Positions 52,314 through 55,906 of a stretch of DNA of 55,906 nucleotides are shown here, piece after piece. This DNA comes from a virus (lineage: Duplodnaviria; Caudoviricetes). The notes under the pieces were generated by a model, which searched no databases, had not been told where the DNA came from, and was given only the letters and a program-made list of their open reading frames with translations. The position numbers and the translations under genes were made by a program. Location: positions 1 through 55,906 of the IMG/VR virus record IMGVR_UViG_3300033067_001303; one strand, 5' to 3'. Every line of letters begins with the position of its first letter. The stretch's first letter is position 1.

Positions 52314-52892
52314 TTACCAATTTGCAGTAGTACTTGTACCAGCAGAATTATCTGTTGATGGTGCATCTGCAACAAGTTTTTCCATCATATCATTACTAGA
52401 TGGTTTTAATCTTGTCATATTTGCAGGAGTACTTGCATTTTCCACAAAGTTAAAGTAACGAGTACTTAAATATTGTGATGGTTTTGCAGTAGTTCCATAA
52501 GTTACGTAAACATTAACTAATGTACTAGCTGCATTATCATTAATAATTTTAAATAATGAATTTAATGCTTCTTTTGAAGTTGTCACTTCAGGAAATGTAA
52601 AATCAGCAGGTACTACAGCTTTTGCTGCAGATAATACTCTACTAACTAACCACGTTTCCATGTCACGATTTCTCTTCTCGTCAGCCATTTCATTATCTTT
52701 ATGATAATAGAATCCTGTATTAATTTGTCCACCAGTTGTATCTGTGAAAATTAATTTAAAATCTGGACTATTATCTGGATCAGCAGCTGTTTTCTTAGTT
52801 ACTGACATTTTTACATTTTCAACTTTTCCTGTGTTACCGTTATTAAATACTGTAGCACCACCACCAAAACTTGCATCATTTAAATTGAACAT
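52314..52892 (-). CDS. Probable single-stranded DNA-binding protein
   Basis: 192 aa between AAA ATPase and primase; low-complexity tail ending in W; codon usage suggests high expression; call rests mostly on synteny. Confidence 0.5.
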   Translation of the reverse strand: MFNLNDASFGGGATVFNNGNTGKVENVKMSVTKKTAADPDNSPDFKLIFTDTTGGQINTGFYYHKDNEMADEKRNRDMETWLVSRVLSAAKAVVPADFTFPEVTTSKEALNSLFKIINDNAASTLVNVYVTYGTTAKPSQYLSTRYFNFVENASTPANMTRLKPSSNDMMEKLVADAPSTDNSAGTSTTANW

Positions 52893-52938
52893 ATTCTTCT
52901 TTTTTTATATTTTAATTAATTTTAAGGCTTATAATAAT

Positions 52939-53035
52939 GAGGTTTTTAGAGAACCTCTTAACTCCGCTGACTTACGATTCAGAGGACTTCCACGCCAACA
53001 CATATAAATGTCTGTAATTCCTGTCTTCGTTCTCT
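52939..53035 (-). ncRNA. Putative structured leader RNA upstream of the ssb-like gene
   Basis: GC-enriched; AGAGAAC/GTTCTCT closing stem, TCCTCTGA/TCAGCGGA hairpin, competing GAGGTT/AACCTC hairpin. Confidence 0.45.
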
Positions 53036-53047
53036 TGTACTTCGAGC

Positions 53048-53812
53048 TTATTCTATAAATATTTTTGACCAATCAATTGTCAATTTACCATTATCATCAG
53101 ATTCAATGAGAGTAATAGTTTTATTTTTCAAATGATCAGGTCTTGAACCTACTACTAATGATTCAGAAGGAGCAAAGTTTACTAACGTTTTATTTTCGTC
53201 ACGATAAACATACCCAATAGCATCAACTTGACTACACAGAATTGCAGCAATTTTACCTGTTAAAGCTAAACCTCGTGCTTCCATTTCTTTACCTTCTTTT
53301 TCAACAAATTTAGATTTTAAATGTCCAAGAATAATTAATGTATCACATAATTGTTCAATTTCATTTAAAATAACATTCATTGCTTCTCTAAGATATTGAT
53401 AACCCGCACCATTAGGAAGTTTAGTAACATCGTCACCAATCCAATTTCTTCCCATTGGAGTGTTTTTGTAAAGTTTGTTACCTAATTCTAATGCAATATC
53501 TTCTAATGCTGATACTGTATCAATAGTAATGTATTTATAGGTATATCCACCTTTAGCTTTATTAGATTCAGCAATCTTATTAATGACTTCTTTTAAAACT
53601 ATTAAAGGAGAATTTCCTGATTTTCTTGAAATATCAAGAACATTAATTTTTAAAGCATCTAAAAATTCAGAGCCATCTTCTAAATCTAAAATAAGATTAT
53701 CTTCTAACGCAGCTACTGCAGAAGTTTTTCCGCTCTTCGGATTAGAGAATAAAATTATTTTTTTAGGATTAACTCTTGAAGCTTTAGTCTTTTCGTTTGG
53801 TAATTCAATCAT
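53048..53812 (-). CDS. AAA-family ATPase (Sak4/AAA_24-like)
   Basis: Walker A PKSGKT, LDLEDGS, Walker B ITIDT, GAGY, ILGH. Confidence 0.8.
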   Translation of the reverse strand: MIELPNEKTKASRVNPKKIILFSNPKSGKTSAVAALEDNLILDLEDGSEFLDALKINVLDISRKSGNSPLIVLKEVINKIAESNKAKGGYTYKYITIDTVSALEDIALELGNKLYKNTPMGRNWIGDDVTKLPNGAGYQYLREAMNVILNEIEQLCDTLIILGHLKSKFVEKEGKEMEARGLALTGKIAAILCSQVDAIGYVYRDENKTLVNFAPSESLVVGSRPDHLKNKTITLIESDDNGKLTIDWSKIFIE

Positions 53813-53868
53813 GTTTTACTCCAACCACTATCATCCATATTAACGTTAATACTAATTTAAGTATTTGT

Positions 53869-54700
53869 TTAATTTTTTCTAATATGTTGTATTATTTGAT
53901 GTACTTGTGACATTTTTGAACTTTCATTTGGGAGAGGTAATTCTTTAAAATAATTAACTGCTCCATCGAAATATAATGGACATGTTGTTCCTCCACCACC
54001 ATCTCTACCACCTAAGATTTCTAAAAATCTTATATTGTCTTTAAAAAATCTAACATCATAACCCATATAATCTGGTATTTCATGTCTAAATGGACTAAAT
54101 AAACCTAATATAACATCAGCATCACGCTGAGTAAGTTTATTGTCTCCTAGACCATCTAATGAAGGTTTAAGTCTGTTATGTTTTTTATTTTCAACACTTT
54201 CTTGTGATTGAGCTTGCTGTTGAATAACAACTGGAATATATCCAAATCTATTTCTTAATTTAATTAAATAATCTGATGATAATACGGTAATACTTTCATG
54301 TAAATTTAATTGAACGCCATTTCTTTTTTCAGGACTTATAAGTCCAATATGGTCAATCATTACAATAACGTATTCTTCAGGATCATTAGCTTCGTAATAA
54401 TCTTCAACTTGTATTATTTCACCATCAATATTTAAATCTCGATAATGTATTTTACCATTAGCTAACGCATATTTTTTAACAATGTTATAAATACCAGTAG
54501 GGTGACGTACATCATCTATAAATTCAACAATTTCTTCTATTTTATTAAAATATTTTTCATATTTTTTAATTATATTTAAAATATGATCAGGTAAAATCTT
54601 ATCTGCTTTAGTACTTTTTAAATCTGTAGGACTTATTCTAATACCTTCTTTAACATATAATATGTTTGCAAAAGCAGATAACATTTTCTGTTCTTTAGTC
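53869..54700 (-). CDS. dnaB: DnaB-like replicative helicase, exon 2
   Basis: MIDHIGL (Walker B), VIQQQ, LTQRDADVILGL; exon starts with the G completing a split ATG. Confidence 0.85.
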
Positions 54701-54994
54701 CATTTTGTTATCATAAGAGCTCTTTATCTCTTATTTCTATATGTTACCATACAGTTCAGACTATATCTTCAGTACCGTGTACCGCTGGGATTTCGTGTTA
54801 TGATTATATTCTGTAGAAGTGGGATTTTCACCCACATTTCACCTTACCTTTTAAAGTTCTAGTTTGTGCTATTTTTTACACTATTCTACAGTTTCACATA
54901 TTAGTCGTTCGACCTTCTATAACCATTTAAATTATAGCTTGGTACGGGATTGTCCACTTCTGGAGTTTCCCCGTTTAACCCAGTTAAGAGACAA

Positions 54995-55732
54995 CTACAA
55001 TTTATATTTCATAGATTCACAAATATATGGATAAATTAAATTTTTAAAAGTTTCTTTTGAATTATTTTTTATATAAATTTTGTTATTGTATTGTAAAGAA
55101 CTTTCAATATTATATTTATTTAATAAAAATAATATAAAATCATTACATTCTTTAACAGAAAAACTACATGTAGACAGAATATATCCTGAATTTTTAGATT
55201 TAGAACCGTCATCCATATAATGTATTGCCATTGCTAAAGGTGTATAATATTCTTCAAGTAAATTAAACGGAATTACTTTAATATTATTTTTATAAAAAGA
55301 ATCATAAATAAAATTCAATTCTTCATTAACACCTAAATACATAGTTATGTCACTATATAACTTTCCAGTTTTTTTATTTGGAATATTTCTATAATTTTCT
55401 TTTACTCGTACAATATCATTAAAAAATGAACTTTTATATAATAAATAATCTTTTTGTTTTAAAGAATGAGAACAACTAAAATTTGGACCTGTAGAATATT
55501 TTTCTTTACGCATGTAACCGTCTCCTAAAAGACATCCTATTAATAATTCTAAACGATCTTTTGATAGTTTTATACCTTCTTTTTTTCTTAAACATTTTCT
55601 TTCTATTTTATGTATTTTAACTCTTTGGTAATAAATTACTTGAGGTGATACATTAAATAATTTTCCAATTTCAGAATCTTTTAATCCTTTATTTACAAAT
55701 TCTTGTAAATCTTTTTTATCAATTTTAAACAT
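54995..55732 (-). CDS. Intron-encoded LAGLIDADG homing endonuclease with N-terminal HTH
   Basis: LIGCLLGDG and AIHYMDDG; N-terminal DSEIGKLFNVSPQVI helix-turn-helix. Confidence 0.9.
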   Translation of the reverse strand: MFKIDKKDLQEFVNKGLKDSEIGKLFNVSPQVIYYQRVKIHKIERKCLRKKEGIKLSKDRLELLIGCLLGDGYMRKEKYSTGPNFSCSHSLKQKDYLLYKSSFFNDIVRVKENYRNIPNKKTGKLYSDITMYLGVNEELNFIYDSFYKNNIKVIPFNLLEEYYTPLAMAIHYMDDGSKSKNSGYILSTCSFSVKECNDFILFLLNKYNIESSLQYNNKIYIKNNSKETFKNLIYPYICESMKYKL

Positions 55733-55755
55733 ATTTTATATATTTTAGTTATATA

Positions 55756-55787
55756 CAAAGATAAGTAAAATAATTGACAATTCCTAA
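55756..55787 (-). promoter_or_regulatory. Promoter TTAGGAAT-N16-TATCTTTG inside the intron, driving the endonuclease
   Basis: Matches the shared consensus. Confidence 0.75.
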
Positions 55788-55806
55788 TAAATTTGCATTT
55801 ATTTTT

Positions 55807-55906
55807 ATCTCTAACGTAAAATAAAATACTTTTAATCTAATATTTAAATTGTTTTCTAAAACTTGTTGTATTGTATTATACAAAAACAACCAATCAGCAA
55901 TTTGAG
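55807..55906 (-). CDS. dnaB: DnaB-like helicase, exon 1 (partial, runs off window)
   Basis: Reads QIADWLFLYNTIQQVLENNLNIRLKVFYFTLE(M), the segment from just after Walker A to motif H1a. Confidence 0.85.

Larger units (their letters stand above)
54701..55806 (-). mobile_element. Group I intron (IA-like) in dnaB
   Basis: P AAACGGGGAAACTC, Q AATCCCGT, R TCGAACGACTA, S AAGATATAGTCT; P3 CTGGG/CCCAG; IGS GTCTCTTAAC (54992-54983) pairs with exon GTTAGAGAT; terminal G at 54701; splicing restores FYFTLEM|TKEQK. Confidence 0.92.

Noticed and set aside
52950-53000. Twister-like (TAACTCCGC) and HDV-like (TTCCACG) words on the + strand
   Set aside because: The partner strands and conserved catalytic segments required for either ribozyme are missing
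53809-53838. 9-codon minigene MDDSGWSKT overlapping the ATPase ATG
   Set aside because: Too short to distinguish from chance
54701-54714. Called start MITKW of the 281-aa helicase ORF
   Set aside because: Lies in the 3' end of the intron; the exon begins at 54700
1212-54862. Short antisense ORFs in the track (1212, 2831, 8828, 16552, 19540, 22584, 30001, 36304, 41526, 42823, 52744, 53583, 54662)
   Set aside because: Shadows of real genes or intron sequence on the opposite strand; no motifs
1-55906. Stop-codon reassignment (TAG/TGA), known in some crAss-like phages
   Set aside because: Long genes read through in the standard code; TAG ends the primase and three endonuclease genes at sensible C-termini; the only tRNA has a TTT anticodon
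1-55906. CRISPR array, integrase/att site, inteins, diversity-generating retroelement
   Set aside because: No spaced repeats, recombinase, intein splice motifs or reverse transcriptase seen

Overview
Very AT-rich segment of a crAss-like (Crassvirales-type) podophage genome. The host is probably a Bacteroidota bacterium, judging by TAnnTTTG-type promoters and A-rich, SD-less translation starts. The + strand arm (1-30262) carries the end of a tail-fibre-like gene, a lysis cassette, a phosphoesterase, tail ring/tube/muzzle genes and the giant virion 'cargo' proteins. These include a virion RNA polymerase whose catalytic DFDID motif is split by a group I intron encoding a LAGLIDADG endonuclease, followed by a ferritin and a zincin-motif protein. 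A bidirectional terminator (~30270-30320) separates this arm from the - strand arm. The - strand arm holds DnaB (split by a second group I intron with its endonuclease in the P1 loop), an AAA ATPase, a probable SSB, tRNA-Lys and a primase. It also holds a six-enzyme amide-ligase cluster (GGCT, two class I GATases, ATP-grasp, COOH-NH2 ligase, class II GATase, amidoligase; seven genes), RusA, an exonuclease, a class II RNR, an SF2 helicase, MazG, an SPL-like radical SAM enzyme, two phosphoesterases, ThyX and three free-standing HNH genes. Best leads: (1) the amide-ligase cluster; (2) cysteines confined to the facing termini of the three giant ejected proteins; (3) HNH cassettes that appear to capture a host gene's start and leave a recoded N-terminus downstream; (4) a shared 32-bp promoter, one copy of which lies inside a CDS; (5) two unexplained structured intergenic RNAs. 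All calls come from reading motifs by eye; no database searches were run.
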